Part shown: positions 39,077 to 51,900 of the stretch, piece after piece
How the letters are laid out: each line of letters starts with the position of its first letter
How positions within the stretch are numbered: position 1 is the first letter of the stretch
Virus record (IMG/VR): IMGVR_UViG_2617271113_000004
Span: 1-64,000 of that record
Direction: 5' to 3' (one strand)
Source: a virus
Taxonomy: Duplodnaviria > Caudoviricetes
Length of the DNA stretch: 64,000 nucleotides
Notes under the pieces: generated by a model
The model's database searches: none
The model's input: the letters and a program-made list of their open reading frames with translations, nothing else
Told to the model about the DNA's origin: nothing
Position numbers and translations under genes: made by a program

Positions 39077-40135
39077 CTATTTGGGAATAATTCCTCGATC
39101 CCCATCAAAAGGTACATATTTTTTTTGTTCTTCATCCCATTTTTCGAGCTCAAAATGACTCAAATTCTTATGATCGTTATAAGAAAAAAACGCATGTGCT
39201 TTTCCATCTATTATCTCAATGTACAACCCTTTTGGTGTTATTTGTTCTTGAATAATTTCTTTATGGTTTTGCATGATTGAGAAGTCTACTGTCCAATCCT
39301 GCCCCTGCATTGCTTGAATATCTGATAGTATATCCTGTTGTTCTTTCTGGAATGTAAGAAGATCTTGCATGTTTTGACTATTCTTCTGAACTAGCGTGTC
39401 AATCATGTAAAACATAATATCATGTGGAACATCCTTCAAAGCCATTTCCACTGGAAAATAAAGCTTAATAACCTCAAGGGGCAAATAGTTTAATGATACG
39501 ATTCCTTCTTTGGTAATAGTTCCATGAATAATTTCTCCTGCAGGATGCAATATTGGATTTTTATTCTGGTCTAACACGGTGACTTCTCCAGAAACAAATG
39601 CAGCACCCTCTAATAAAGGAATCTGAATTTCTCTTGATGTTACTTCTTGTAATTCATATACATAAGGAATAATAAGATCCTTATCACTAATATCTTTTCC
39701 TTCTAGCGCAATGTCAGTAATTTTTTGAAGTCGATAATCTAATTTTAATCCATCTTTAATAATGCCATCCACTTCACTTACTGCATTATCAATTTCTTTA
39801 TTAATACGAGGGTCCGAGCTCGATCTGCCTTCCGTGTCTTTAGCAATCTCTACCATTTCTTCTTTCAAATTATCAATTAGCTTCTTTAAACGCTGTCCTC
39901 TACTTGCAACAATATCGAATGTAGCAGTTCCTATTTCTGCTAAGGCTTCATCAGCTTTCACAAGTGCAGTTGTTGATCTTGTTGTATTTGACCCAACTTT
40001 ACTGATACTATTTAAGATGCTTCCTTTTGACTCACTCCAGTCTTCAATTTCCCTGTTAGCAGACATAAGTCTTGCTTCTAATTCGTTCACAAAAGGAATC
40101 AATTCCCTTTCTGAATAAACCGGCATTTTCTTCAC
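39077..40135 (-). CDS. hypothetical structural-module protein
   Basis: 352-aa ORF with coiled-coil N-terminus. Confidence 0.7.
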   Translation of the reverse strand: MKKMPVYSERELIPFVNELEARLMSANREIEDWSESKGSILNSISKVGSNTTRSTTALVKADEALAEIGTATFDIVASRGQRLKKLIDNLKEEMVEIAKDTEGRSSSDPRINKEIDNAVSEVDGIIKDGLKLDYRLQKITDIALEGKDISDKDLIIPYVYELQEVTSREIQIPLLEGAAFVSGEVTVLDQNKNPILHPAGEIIHGTITKEGIVSLNYLPLEVIKLYFPVEMALKDVPHDIMFYMIDTLVQKNSQNMQDLLTFQKEQQDILSDIQAMQGQDWTVDFSIMQNHKEIIQEQITPKGLYIEIIDGKAHAFFSYNDHKNLSHFELEKWDEEQKKYVPFDGDRGIIPK

Positions 40136-40153
40136 CTCGTTACTATTTTATCA

Positions 40154-40167
40154 TGAAAAGCATTACA
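40154..40167. promoter_or_regulatory. operator variant
   Basis: TGAAAAGCATTACA in the 39-bp intergenic gap. Confidence 0.6.
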
Positions 40168-40174
40168 TTTCATT

Positions 40175-43100
40175 TTATATTTCAAAAATTTCTGTATTTT
40201 GTAAATCTAATTCATCTGGAAATGATGTTTTTTTGAGCTCCTCAGGATCGTAAAACTCAATAATTGGTAACACTCCGAAAGCTTTGTGTTTATTTACAGC
40301 TTCGTGTATTTCTTTTTCATAAAACCCTGAAGGATTGTCTTTAGTTTTTAATAGGGTTTTTGGTAAACGTATAATAATTATTCCGTTTTCTTGATAAGCC
40401 TGGCCATCAAAATATCCAATATCCCAATGGTGCAGCGACTCTTTATTTACTTCTTCAATTATCTTTCTGGATAAAGCTTCATCTAGACCTCCACCTCTGG
40501 TTCTTGTATCTAATATAACAGAATCCTTTATTTTACTATTAGGTTGTAGAATCACTTTCCCTAATCGAAACATACTCGCATCGTATTTAAAGTCCTTATC
40601 ATCGAACCAAAATGATTGATCGGTGTGCCGTATTACCTGACTATTTTGAGTCCCGTTTATTACATCGCCATTTTTATCCTGAATTAATACAGGTCGAATG
40701 TAAATATGCATCGGTTTTACAAGTAACTCATTTGAAGTGGCTTCTCTTTTCTCATATGAATCAATTTCATGATCGAGTGGAATCCATTCAAGAAAACCGT
40801 TCGTATTGATTGTGTGTGTATGACCAGGACTTGGATTTAAATCTAAATGAAAGAAATAATCTGCCAGTATCTTTTCTCCTAAAATTGGGTCAATAGATAC
40901 AATGGAATTTATAGAAATAATATCATTATATTCCATACTTCTTTGATCAGGATGTTTTTGGTCATAAACATAATTAATTGTAGAATTGAATGGAGCCTCT
41001 CCAATAATTTGATGTGAGATATTAGGCGTTAATTCCAATTGGTGTTGCTTAAATTCCTCGACAAAAGATACCCACTCTTCTCCAAATAGCTCTGTTGGTT
41101 TTAATATATGGTTTATCTCGTATTCTTCTTGGTATCTGCCAGTAACATAGGTTTCCTCTAATTTCTGTGTTACTGGGCCAAATGTTTTTTCATCGGTTAT
41201 AATAATCTCATTTTCGATTGTTGATGCATTTCCTAGAACTGCTTCAATATATTGATTCATAATATCTTTATATCCATTGTCATTTTCAAATAGATATTTA
41301 GATTGATTACAGGTTATGAGGACTTTTTGATCTCCGTTCTCGTATAATGCAATGATGACATGCTCTCTTGCTTCATCTATCCAAGCAATTGGAGTAACCA
41401 TTGAATTAGAAATAACAAGCTCACAATCTCCTTCAATCTCTATCGAGTTTTCGGTCCCATTGTAACTTTCAAAAATAGGGTGTACTGTATTCACTTCAAT
41501 AGAAGCATCATTTGTAGAGTAATCTCCGATATGGTTTACTGAGACACCAAATTCATTTAAGGTGCGATTAGCGTTTTCTGCACGAACCGATTCGTTTTCT
41601 TCTAATATAGGAACAATATAAATACCATCACCTAAGTTACTAAAGAAATAGGTATTTATGTCTTCAAATACAGACTCATTTGGTTGAGTAACCCCGTCAG
41701 TGATTTGATTTAAGTATCTTCCAGCCAATAAAAGATCTACAGGATTATTTATAATGCTTTGTTGCTCTCTATAGAAATCCCATCTATATGGAAGTCTGTT
41801 AGCTACGCCATTTATACCTTGAGTGTCAGAATACACATCATTCATATTAAAGCCAGACGTTAAACCAAAAACCGTTCTAGTTTCAGGTTCAATTATTTCA
41901 ATTTCTCTTCTTTCACCCTTTGCATAAACTTCAAAAGTCACTTCTGATGCCATGGGAACTTCCGTTGGTATTACTTCATATTCTATTTCTCTTTTATGAA
42001 AACCTCTGTAAGTGTACCAATATTCTTCATAAGCATACCTGATAATAACCTTATCTTGCTCTCTTATTCGATCGATGAGATATATAATACCTTTGGCAGC
42101 ATCAATATCTTTAACTCGTAATACTCTAGCTTGATTATTCCTAAAAGCAGTTACTTCAATGTAGCTTATTTCTTGCTCTGATTTAAGACAGATTGGATAA
42201 TACTTAGTTTTTATTGCAAATTCATCTAATATAATAGGTGTTTCTCTCTCGACCAATGTGGTTGGACGATTATAGAATTCTTGATTAGTATATTCAGGAA
42301 CGGCATATTGTAACGTGACTTCCTCGATGTCATCTGGTTCTTTGGGTGCGTAGTTTAATAGCACTGGATATGTTTTATAAATGGAAGGTGTACGCTCTTG
42401 TGGCTCAAAATAGGGTAACTGCAGTTTCTTTTCAAACCTTCCATTTTTTATTCTTAGGTACCAGTTCTCAACTTCTAAATCCGCATCCTCTACTTTAGGC
42501 ATATCTATGTCCAATTTTTTACTATCATCTATTTTAATAGCAAATAAAGGAGATGCTTGTAAATCTTCATAATGAGTCCAAGCAACCAGATCAACATCTG
42601 CTGCCAACTTTGTCTCATCGACAAAAGAAAATACTTGTATCGGTCCCTCTCCCGTTATAGAAACACTTACCTCTCCGCTATTTCCCGTAACAGTACCAAC
42701 ATAAGATATTGGCGTATAAGAGTCAGTATTATAACCGGAACCAGCAATACGATTCTTAACATCTTGATCACAAAACTTTCGAGTATTCTCAGCCATAATT
42801 GCTCTTGGTCTTCCAGTATAATTCAAATTTGGAATAGATCCAGTTACAGTTTTTAATTCACTTGTTTGGATATTGAGGAACTCAACGTTTTGACTATAAT
42901 TAAAGACACCAAAAGCTCCTTTATTCCATTTCGTTTCGATTTGATATGCACGTTTCCAATCTTCCTCTGCAATAGTCCCAGTTTGAAAATAGAGGTTTGT
43001 TGTTTTCCCATGTGACTCAACCCGAATATTATTTTGCCAGTTCCGAATGTGTCCCTGATTCGTAATTGTAGACTTTTCAGCAACAACACTTTTTTTACCA

Positions 43101-45886
43101 TTTTCAACTTTATAAACACGCTGGTGATAAAGTCTCCACCCTCGTTTTGTCAGATAATCCTGATCAGAACTAGCCTGTGGCCTTCGAAAGATATCCCATT
43201 CATGAAGTGATGCTGGTTGAACATCTTCTATCCGAGTCGAGACCTCAGCTGTCCCGTTCCTATCTCCTTCAATAGCATAAAAGTAAAAGTTTTCTTCGTC
43301 TTGAACTCTAAATAGAACGCCAACTAAATCATCGTCAGTTCCAACAGTTTTAAATGAAAAATCTGTAACATGATTTTCTACATCTAGATGCATCTTATTA
43401 TATGCACCAACAAATGCACTTTGGTTTTCATCATCTTTTAAAACTCCATTTTCTATCTTCCAAGAAGCAATACCTGGTGTCTTTTCTATCATGACTGCCC
43501 CTACAGCGTTTCGAGCGAAAAGTTCTTGCATCTTAGTTTTCTTATTAACTGGTACTGCCACTTCATAATCAATTTTAAATTCAACTGGTAAATAGTCATG
43601 ATATAATCCTGACATTCGAAGTCGATTTACTCCTAATTCATCTTTAAACTGATCTACAGGATAGCGAATTAATCCATCTTGTTGCTGTCGAAATCTATAA
43701 TTTATCCGATGGTCTTGATCAATCATTGAATTGCCTTTTAGTTCTCCTCTTTCTATTCGAAGTAGCACTTCATGTATTGGCACATCATTAGGAAGTTGTA
43801 ATTGCTCCATAATATTCCCTTCCCCTAACAATTCTTCAATCTTTTTAATACCATCTAGCTTATGAATAGGTTCTGGTTCAATTGTGATTGACCTATCTAA
43901 AGGGATAATAGGTGGCTTATCAGCAGAGACAAGAATGGTTTCTCCATCATCATCTAAAGTGACAGAGACGTTTTCTCCCTTTGTTATTACTGGCATATTC
44001 CAAGCAAAAGATTCAACAAATTCTGGAACTTTCTCTGTAGGCAATTTTGTAGGACTTGCAGTAATTGTAAAATTCCCATCAGCATGATAATTAACATGCC
44101 CGCTGCCATGAACATCTAGATTATTATCAGATGTCTCCCATAGCTCTATATCAGTTCCACCAGCTTTAGGATTTGTTGTGTGGCCCCATACATATCCATA
44201 ACCCGCTTCATCAATATCTAGAAAGATATCACCTTTATCACTTTTAGCAGTATAAGATTTCACTTCATAAGATGCATTATTGTATTTGTCTATATAATTT
44301 TTTATGAATGGCTCCAACATTGATCCAACTCTTTGATTTATAATACGTATTTGATTATGACTATCAAATGTTACTGGGTGCTGGTCTGTTGAGATATCAA
44401 CTCTTTCAACTTGTTCCCCACTTTCATCCTTTATAACTACATCTCCAACTACCCACCAGTTTCCTGTATATAACGTAGGTATTCCGATGATACCCGAACC
44501 TGTTACTTTAAATTCAAAATCCCATTGTGTCTTTTGTCTTTCTGCTATTACACTTACCTTATGATTAATAGGCAGACTTCTGAGTTTTACATTAGGATGT
44601 TTTGCACTAGTCCATTCATCAGGCTTTACATTATCTGCTTTAGCAGCAGCAAAGTCATTTAGTCTTTCTTGAATTAATGTTTCAACATTTTCATTATCAA
44701 TTGCTTCGACAGTGGTATACATTAGATTTCCCTTGGCATCTAGGATTTCATAAGTAGCTTCTTGAGGAATGGAAGGAGTTCCGATTGGTTGTGATAGCTC
44801 AATCATATCTTTTACATTTAATTTTCTTTCTCCATAAGGCATCCCTATTTGCTTCCATTCTTGGGTGTATTCTCTTTTCTCATGATTCAATAATGCATTT
44901 GGATTTACAACCCAATCGTTGATATATCCTACTGTTGCTATTTGATCCTTTCCTGTAGGATCTTTATATCTTGCAATAACTTTATAATTAAACATGTTTT
45001 TCTTTCTTGGATCAAACTCGGCTTTTTGAGTAACAAATACTTCGTATCCATCATTCGCTGGTTTTTCTTCAAGATAATAGTACTCGTCATTTGCGTCTGA
45101 TTGGTCTAATATTTTTCTTTCTACTGGCTGAAAAGCGCTATTCCCATTTACAATGCGAAGCTTTCCACCCTCAATTAATTGTTTGGTTCTACCATATGCC
45201 TCTATCGTATTATCTGCGTTACTGTAAAGCTCTAACTCGTTTGTTGAACTTTGCACTGCATTTTCTGGAACTACTTTGTCAATATGATTATATCTTACTT
45301 TAAACGTATCAATTTCATTTGTATTCTCATGCAGATATATTTTCACCCAATGAATATGTGGATTATCTTCCATAGCCATTACATAGATATCGTGTTTAAT
45401 GTCATCAATTGGATTACCATTTTCATCTACAATTTTGATTTGGTCTCCCCTGTATTTCACAACTTTATTAGGCTCACCCTGCTTACTATCATAATGGTAT
45501 TTAATTTCAAATTTATAAAACAAAGCCTCATCAGTGGAATGCTTATTACTTTTAAACTGTCTTGTAACGTTAATATCCCTTGATGGGAATAAGTCATATG
45601 GCGGTTTCTCTTGGATTGAATCTAATCCAGTATATGTAGATACATATACTAGCTTTCCTTCTTCATCTGGCGCTGCTAAGGAAACTTTTTGTTCTTGAGG
45701 TATTACATTTTCAGGGATAGAAGACGTATTTATAATCGATATATTTTCATTGTGATCTAACCTAGGTGTATGAATATATCCAAGATTAACGTCTCCTTCT
45801 GGAACCTCTCCACCTAAACGCATCGTATATGTGTTATCTTCTAATTTTTCATCATAAGCATGCGTTTGTTTTTCTTTATCTGACAT
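40175..45886 (-). CDS. giant structural protein with thrombospondin-C-like domain
   Basis: About 1900 aa; TDDDLVGVLFRVQDEENFYFY; C-terminal DTRTRGGG..WDIG; ATG 45886 follows GGAGG. Confidence 0.75.
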   Translation of the reverse strand: MSDKEKQTHAYDEKLEDNTYTMRLGGEVPEGDVNLGYIHTPRLDHNENISIINTSSIPENVIPQEQKVSLAAPDEEGKLVYVSTYTGLDSIQEKPPYDLFPSRDINVTRQFKSNKHSTDEALFYKFEIKYHYDSKQGEPNKVVKYRGDQIKIVDENGNPIDDIKHDIYVMAMEDNPHIHWVKIYLHENTNEIDTFKVRYNHIDKVVPENAVQSSTNELELYSNADNTIEAYGRTKQLIEGGKLRIVNGNSAFQPVERKILDQSDANDEYYYLEEKPANDGYEVFVTQKAEFDPRKKNMFNYKVIARYKDPTGKDQIATVGYINDWVVNPNALLNHEKREYTQEWKQIGMPYGERKLNVKDMIELSQPIGTPSIPQEATYEILDAKGNLMYTTVEAIDNENVETLIQERLNDFAAAKADNVKPDEWTSAKHPNVKLRSLPINHKVSVIAERQKTQWDFEFKVTGSGIIGIPTLYTGNWWVVGDVVIKDESGEQVERVDISTDQHPVTFDSHNQIRIINQRVGSMLEPFIKNYIDKYNNASYEVKSYTAKSDKGDIFLDIDEAGYGYVWGHTTNPKAGGTDIELWETSDNNLDVHGSGHVNYHADGNFTITASPTKLPTEKVPEFVESFAWNMPVITKGENVSVTLDDDGETILVSADKPPIIPLDRSITIEPEPIHKLDGIKKIEELLGEGNIMEQLQLPNDVPIHEVLLRIERGELKGNSMIDQDHRINYRFRQQQDGLIRYPVDQFKDELGVNRLRMSGLYHDYLPVEFKIDYEVAVPVNKKTKMQELFARNAVGAVMIEKTPGIASWKIENGVLKDDENQSAFVGAYNKMHLDVENHVTDFSFKTVGTDDDLVGVLFRVQDEENFYFYAIEGDRNGTAEVSTRIEDVQPASLHEWDIFRRPQASSDQDYLTKRGWRLYHQRVYKVENGKKSVVAEKSTITNQGHIRNWQNNIRVESHGKTTNLYFQTGTIAEEDWKRAYQIETKWNKGAFGVFNYSQNVEFLNIQTSELKTVTGSIPNLNYTGRPRAIMAENTRKFCDQDVKNRIAGSGYNTDSYTPISYVGTVTGNSGEVSVSITGEGPIQVFSFVDETKLAADVDLVAWTHYEDLQASPLFAIKIDDSKKLDIDMPKVEDADLEVENWYLRIKNGRFEKKLQLPYFEPQERTPSIYKTYPVLLNYAPKEPDDIEEVTLQYAVPEYTNQEFYNRPTTLVERETPIILDEFAIKTKYYPICLKSEQEISYIEVTAFRNNQARVLRVKDIDAAKGIIYLIDRIREQDKVIIRYAYEEYWYTYRGFHKREIEYEVIPTEVPMASEVTFEVYAKGERREIEIIEPETRTVFGLTSGFNMNDVYSDTQGINGVANRLPYRWDFYREQQSIINNPVDLLLAGRYLNQITDGVTQPNESVFEDINTYFFSNLGDGIYIVPILEENESVRAENANRTLNEFGVSVNHIGDYSTNDASIEVNTVHPIFESYNGTENSIEIEGDCELVISNSMVTPIAWIDEAREHVIIALYENGDQKVLITCNQSKYLFENDNGYKDIMNQYIEAVLGNASTIENEIIITDEKTFGPVTQKLEETYVTGRYQEEYEINHILKPTELFGEEWVSFVEEFKQHQLELTPNISHQIIGEAPFNSTINYVYDQKHPDQRSMEYNDIISINSIVSIDPILGEKILADYFFHLDLNPSPGHTHTINTNGFLEWIPLDHEIDSYEKREATSNELLVKPMHIYIRPVLIQDKNGDVINGTQNSQVIRHTDQSFWFDDKDFKYDASMFRLGKVILQPNSKIKDSVILDTRTRGGGLDEALSRKIIEEVNKESLHHWDIGYFDGQAYQENGIIIIRLPKTLLKTKDNPSGFYEKEIHEAVNKHKAFGVLPIIEFYDPEELKKTSFPDELDLQNTEIFEI

Positions 45887-45927
45887 ATTGTAATCCTCCA
45901 ATCTATTTATATGTACATTGGAGGGAA

Positions 45928-48900
45928 TTACCCTCCAATGACTTTTAAATATAAATCTGTTTTAGCATGCTCTTCTCCCATGTCATAAGTAGCTGTAACA
46001 TAGATGATTCCATTTTTCTCAATTTGACCGCTAAGAATGATCATCCCCTGACCATATTGGTCAGTAGTGATTGTTTCTGAATGACTCACCTGATTGGTAT
46101 CCATATAAGAGACTGTTACATTTGAATTTTTAATCACAGACCATTCATGATTGCGAAGTGTAATATAAATACCCACTTCATCTTCACTATTCCCTAATAA
46201 AGTCGACTTTCCTGCTTTAAGTTCGATAAAAGCTCTTTGTTTAATATTGTCTTCAAAGAAGTTTAATAAAATGCTGTTCTCAATGCTTTCACATTCTACT
46301 CTGTAGGTAGAAAACAACTCGTTAGAAACAGGAGGAATGTCCATATAGTAATACTCTCCGGATTCATTCGTGAAACCATTATATATACGAGTGCCATCTC
46401 TAAATATAGTAAATGCTTTATTAGGAATTGGATTATGATTTTTGTCATATACCCTTACTGTTAGTAATACCTTTTCTGTTCCGCTAGTATCTAAACTATT
46501 TGGTGATATATTAAGATTAATACTTTTAGCATTTCTATCAACTTTATTTGTTAAATAGAAGAACCCTTTATGATTATGATTGAGCAAAGGATTGGTCATT
46601 ACATTTGTCTTATAAAACGGACTTGCTTCATGTCCTTCATACTTAATTTTTACTTCATTTAATTCTTGATAATTATGAAAGACAACTGCTGCTTGGTCCT
46701 TACTCACATTCTGGTTTTCAATCACATAAAAGCTGTCTTGAATTTTATAAGACACTTCTATCTTATCTTTAGCAAGCATCTTTTCCTTGAAACAAATACA
46801 GGATTTCTCTTGATCCCACTCATAATCATCAATCGCTTGATCATTGACACTAACAGTTAGTGTTGAGTTATCTATATCTTGGTATTTTAAGTAATAGTTT
46901 TTAGAACCATTCCCTTTAATTATTTCCTTATTTTTTAAGGAAATATGATTATACTCGTTATAGAAATTTACTTTACGTAGCAGTCTTCCATCTAACGTTT
47001 CAATAATGATAGGGCTCCCTTGTTTAGGTCTTGGGGAAATTAGTAGCTCTTCTTCTTGGACTACTTTATTAAGCTCTATCTCCCTAGCAAATAGATAATG
47101 TTCTCTTTCTTGGAAATAATAGTATCCATTGTGAATTTTAGGGCTCCAAGGCATTGGCATTTCTTCCTTTATTTCTGCCTTTATGTTATATCCTAAATAA
47201 GGTGAGATGTTAGACGAAGAAAGCTTTTCATAACGACCACTTGGGGTTTTCCAACTTAATTGGATCAAGGCACTATCTTCTAAGTCTGCATAATTTAATT
47301 TAGTTGGATACCATTTGCCACCTTCTAGATAGAATGTATCTGTATATTCGTTATAGGTATTACGATCCCATTTATCAATAATAAGTTGGTGATTCACCCA
47401 CATTCTTACAGCATCACTTACTTGAATAGAAAATTCATAAAAACCTGTTTCAGGAGCAAATAAGTAACCATCCCAGCTAATAGCAAAATAATTATTCGGA
47501 TTAGCTTCTGGTAATGTTATTGGTTCGATACTAGGTTCATCCTTATTATCGATTGGTTTATTCTCTGGTGGAGGCGGAGGAGGATTATGACCTCGGACAG
47601 TTGCGTATACCTCTGACTCACCTATCTGTGTTATTGTTTGCCCTGTTTCCTGCTGGTTCTTGAAATAAGTTTGGTAATCACTACTGTCATTTCGAATAAA
47701 GTATTCTACTTCTAATTCATCTACCTGTAGATTGTGACCTTCTACAAAGATACTTAATGGCTCATATAACAAGGTCTGAACTCTATCTGATATGTGAACT
47801 TCGATATTTGGATTATCCTCTATCACAGGTCGCTCTATTTCATAGCTCATTATTTGACTGAATGAAGGCTCCTCATTCGGAGTGATACGCTGGTATTTTT
47901 GCAACCAAAAATCCCAGAAATAGGTATATGGCTGTGAGCGAGTAACAGGACCCCAAGCTCCTTTTAAAAAGGGGTTGTCTACATCTGTTAAATCAAATTG
48001 AAGGACTCCATTTGTCCATACCTTAATTTGACTGCCTTTTGTACTAATTTCAATTTCATTAATTTCATTGGCATCTGGGGTCCATGTCAGATTATTATGA
48101 GCCAACATAACTTTATCGTATGTTAGTTTACTTACTCCAGCTTCCTCAGGATTTAAGCAAGTGTTTTTAAAGACTGCCATACCTTTTACATCAACGCCTC
48201 CGCCATCCCACTCAAATGAATAAAAATTCTGGGTGGTGTCATCAAACTTAAATATAGCTCCATACATATCATCGTCACCATCTCGCACTTGAACTTTAAA
48301 TCCAAATCTATAATCTGTACGGTTCAAATCAGATGGATTGTACCATCCTGACCTTAGATTTTGATTTTTCAGGTTAGTAACTTCTTGATAGTTTTCTTCT
48401 GGTGGACCATGCCAATCTCCTGGGCCATTCAATCCTTCTTGCTCTATTGGGTCTTCATCCCATTGAACCCATTCACCTGTGAAATTAGAAATATCAATTA
48501 TTTCTTGAATAGGGTAAACTACTTCCATGTCGAGATGAAAGCGGAAATGTAGATTAGGATTTAATGCCATCATTGAAATAGATGTTCTTTGTTGTTCCAT
48601 AAATTCATGAAGAGGAGATCCATTTCCCCAATCAAACCATATTTCTGGATCAATTCGTGTCCCTTTTAATTCTCCAAGGTAATTTTTAGCGTCAGGATTA
48701 AACTGGTCTTCTGATATATATGATTGAACATGCAGCCAATCATATTTATTTAGACTGCTATAAATCCTTAACCGATTACTATCAATGTCATATTGACTTT
48801 TGTTTAAAAGAATCCCATTGTGATAAACATGAATGTCTTTTCCAGTAGGTTTGTTTAAAACAAATTCTCTCTCTACCGAACCTAGACTATAATGAATATG

Positions 48901-51900
48901 AACCATCCCTGGTTGGATGGCATTACCGTGTAAGATAATCTTATCATTATATTGCGTCCATCCATTCTCACTATCATTTGGAAGTTCTATATCATCTCTA
49001 ATAACCGATATAATTTGAAATCCGTCATGATCAATATCCACTTCAACTTCATCCATGTAATCTTTAATTTGATAGCTTTGAATCATTTCTTGATAGTCAC
49101 CAATGGCTTGCATACTTTCAGCGATAATATGTGAGAGCAAAGGATATTGATAATAGTACCCATTCCATCCACTTCCTTCACCTCTCACTTCTTCTGTCCA
49201 TACATCTACAAATGGATTTGTACTAATAACTTCAAATTTATCAATAATTGTATCAGCCATATCATAATAGGGATCTTCTTTTGGATCAATTTCAATTGGG
49301 TCTTCAATTGTTAATGTTTCATTTGAAGAAATAGTAAATTCTGTATTGCATTCTTTCCATTCACTATACCAGTCTGTGTACCACACATATGCATCCATAT
49401 GATCAGAGAAAAAATCAACTGTCTTCTTATCCTCTGAAAGATTCCAGTTTATTCGCTCATCATTTACTTCTATATAAGGTCCGGTAAGTGAAACTAAATG
49501 ATCTGGAATATAAACAACATCAGTTGGTACATCTATCATATCTGCCTTCCCCAGGCCATCTTTAAAGAATGGTCTTCTCCCATTAACTTTTCCGTATCCA
49601 ATGTATTTGCCAGATATCCACGGCACCAATCGAGGTCGATCCTCACAATGAATTTCCACTTGGTCAGCAATTTGTTTTGTCTTAATAAGCGGTCGTCCAT
49701 TAATAATGTTTATTGGTTCTGTTGTAATGTTGGTATTTTCATTTTCAAAATTACTTTTAAACCCCATCCAGACTTCATTAGTAGCATTAGGCTTTATTTG
49801 GATAAGGAGGAATTCTACATCCTCATAACCATGATACATTACCTCCCCAGTGTTAGGTTCGATGTAATGCTCTGGCATAGGTGGGATATCTACAAATTTA
49901 TGTTCTCTATTTGTTACAATTCCTTCGTTCTTGATATCTGCTGGATATGTTCCCTGATACCATTCTGTAGTACGCATATAAACCTTTTCATTCTTTAACT
50001 CGATTTCATCGTAGTCATCATTAATCGTTTGTGGAACCACGGATAAATGATAAGTGGCCCATTGTAGACCATCAAATTCTTCACGGCAATCAATTGATTG
50101 ATACCATCCTTGATAAGCATAAACTTTATCAGTGAAGTCTTTCGTTGTTTCAATAACTTCTGGATTCCTCTCCCACATTGTAAAACGTTCACCTTCTAAA
50201 TCCCAATCATCTAATGGATTGGATGGAACATTAATCTGTACATTAGACCGTTCATAAATCAATATTGGATTTTTATCCAGATACCTTTGTAAATCTACCC
50301 CAAATATCTCATCTGCTGTTCGAAAAACTACATTTGCGGTAGATGGTGAAATTTGTTCTGGTGTAATAAAAGCAGTACCTTTTTTTATAATTTTATGTTT
50401 TCTGATTTGCCCAGCATCTGGAGGATTGTATGTTTTAACTGTTACTGGCCCATTTGCTGAAGCACTCATGGCTCCCTTAGATGAATCCCTAACTATTCTT
50501 GTTACTGAATTTACTTCGTAGTCGGGATTAGAAAGTCCTGTTTGAGCTCTTGCTGCAGCCCTAGCTTCACTATTTACATAAGAAGCTCCAGAGCTCGCAA
50601 GCTTTTTAGAACCAGGGTCTTTATATTTATACCACCCACTTTCAGGCTTTCTACCTGAAATGTCATCCCATCGAGTAACAGCTATCTTTTCGAATTGTAC
50701 AGATTGAGAAAAAGTTGCTAACCCGACACTTCCCTTTGAAAAGCTGCTACTTACATTAAATTGGGCTGCTAACCTATAGTTATTTTCACTATATCTACCT
50801 GATTTGTAACTTTGAGTGTAGATTTTTACTTGATTACCTGTGCACCTTACTTTTACACTATTTTTCCAGTTCATATTAAACCAGTCCTGTTTCCAACCAG
50901 CGCCATTACCTCTATAATTAATCTTTACTTCCCGCATTACACCATTGGTTACTTTATATACTTTATAATGCTGTTTCCCCCAACCATAATTATTGCTAAT
51001 ATTACGGTACTTAGACATTTGACTAGAAGATAATTTCATCCCACTATAATAATTGCCAACTCCAATTGTTGCTAGATTTGTACTAACAGTATATCTAGAG
51101 TATTTATTTTCAGCTTTTGTATGAGAATAGCCCCCAGTTAAATTACCAGTTAGCATATTGTATCCATTATAGCTTTTGGGTTTCCATGAACTTACACAGG
51201 TTTCATCGCCTTCCCATAAAAAAATATAGAAATCTTTATTATTTCGATCTGCACGAAAGATAAAGCCAAGCACATCATTATCGGCACCAGGCATGGATAC
51301 TAATCTGTTTGATGAGGTCACCACTTTAGCGTAAGGGTCACTTCTCAGACCTGTAGATTTAATTGCTTTGAATTCGTATTCAGCTTCATAATCCGTCCAG
51401 TTATAGAACTCTTTAGCTATAATACCACTAGCATGTGAACGGTTATCTATTTCCTTTACATAGTTTCCAGATTTATTCCAAACAGATCGTGGACCGGGCC
51501 CTATAAAGTTTCCGTTTCTACTAGTAAAAAGATCAGCTGCTCCAGACACTGCTTCAACAGCAGCTTTCCCTCTCCAGTTTACTGCATATTCCAACGTTTC
51601 TTGCTTTACTCTAGATTCTACATTTAGCTGCGCTTCCCAATCTCTATTTGTTGGTTGTGGATCCTTTTGCTTTACAGAATATTTCATGGTTTTACCAGGG
51701 TAAGCATCTACTCGATGATCATAGGCTTGTTCATTATCCGTAACCAGTTCTTCACCTTCATAATGAATTCCATATTCAAAAGGTATCTCTGGGTAGATAG
51801 TTGTTTGATGTTTTTTTCTACCTCTATGTCTTGCTGCATATTTGAATGGTATCGTTAGCTCTTCCGATTCCGGGGTTTTTAAGAAGAGATCATCATTATC

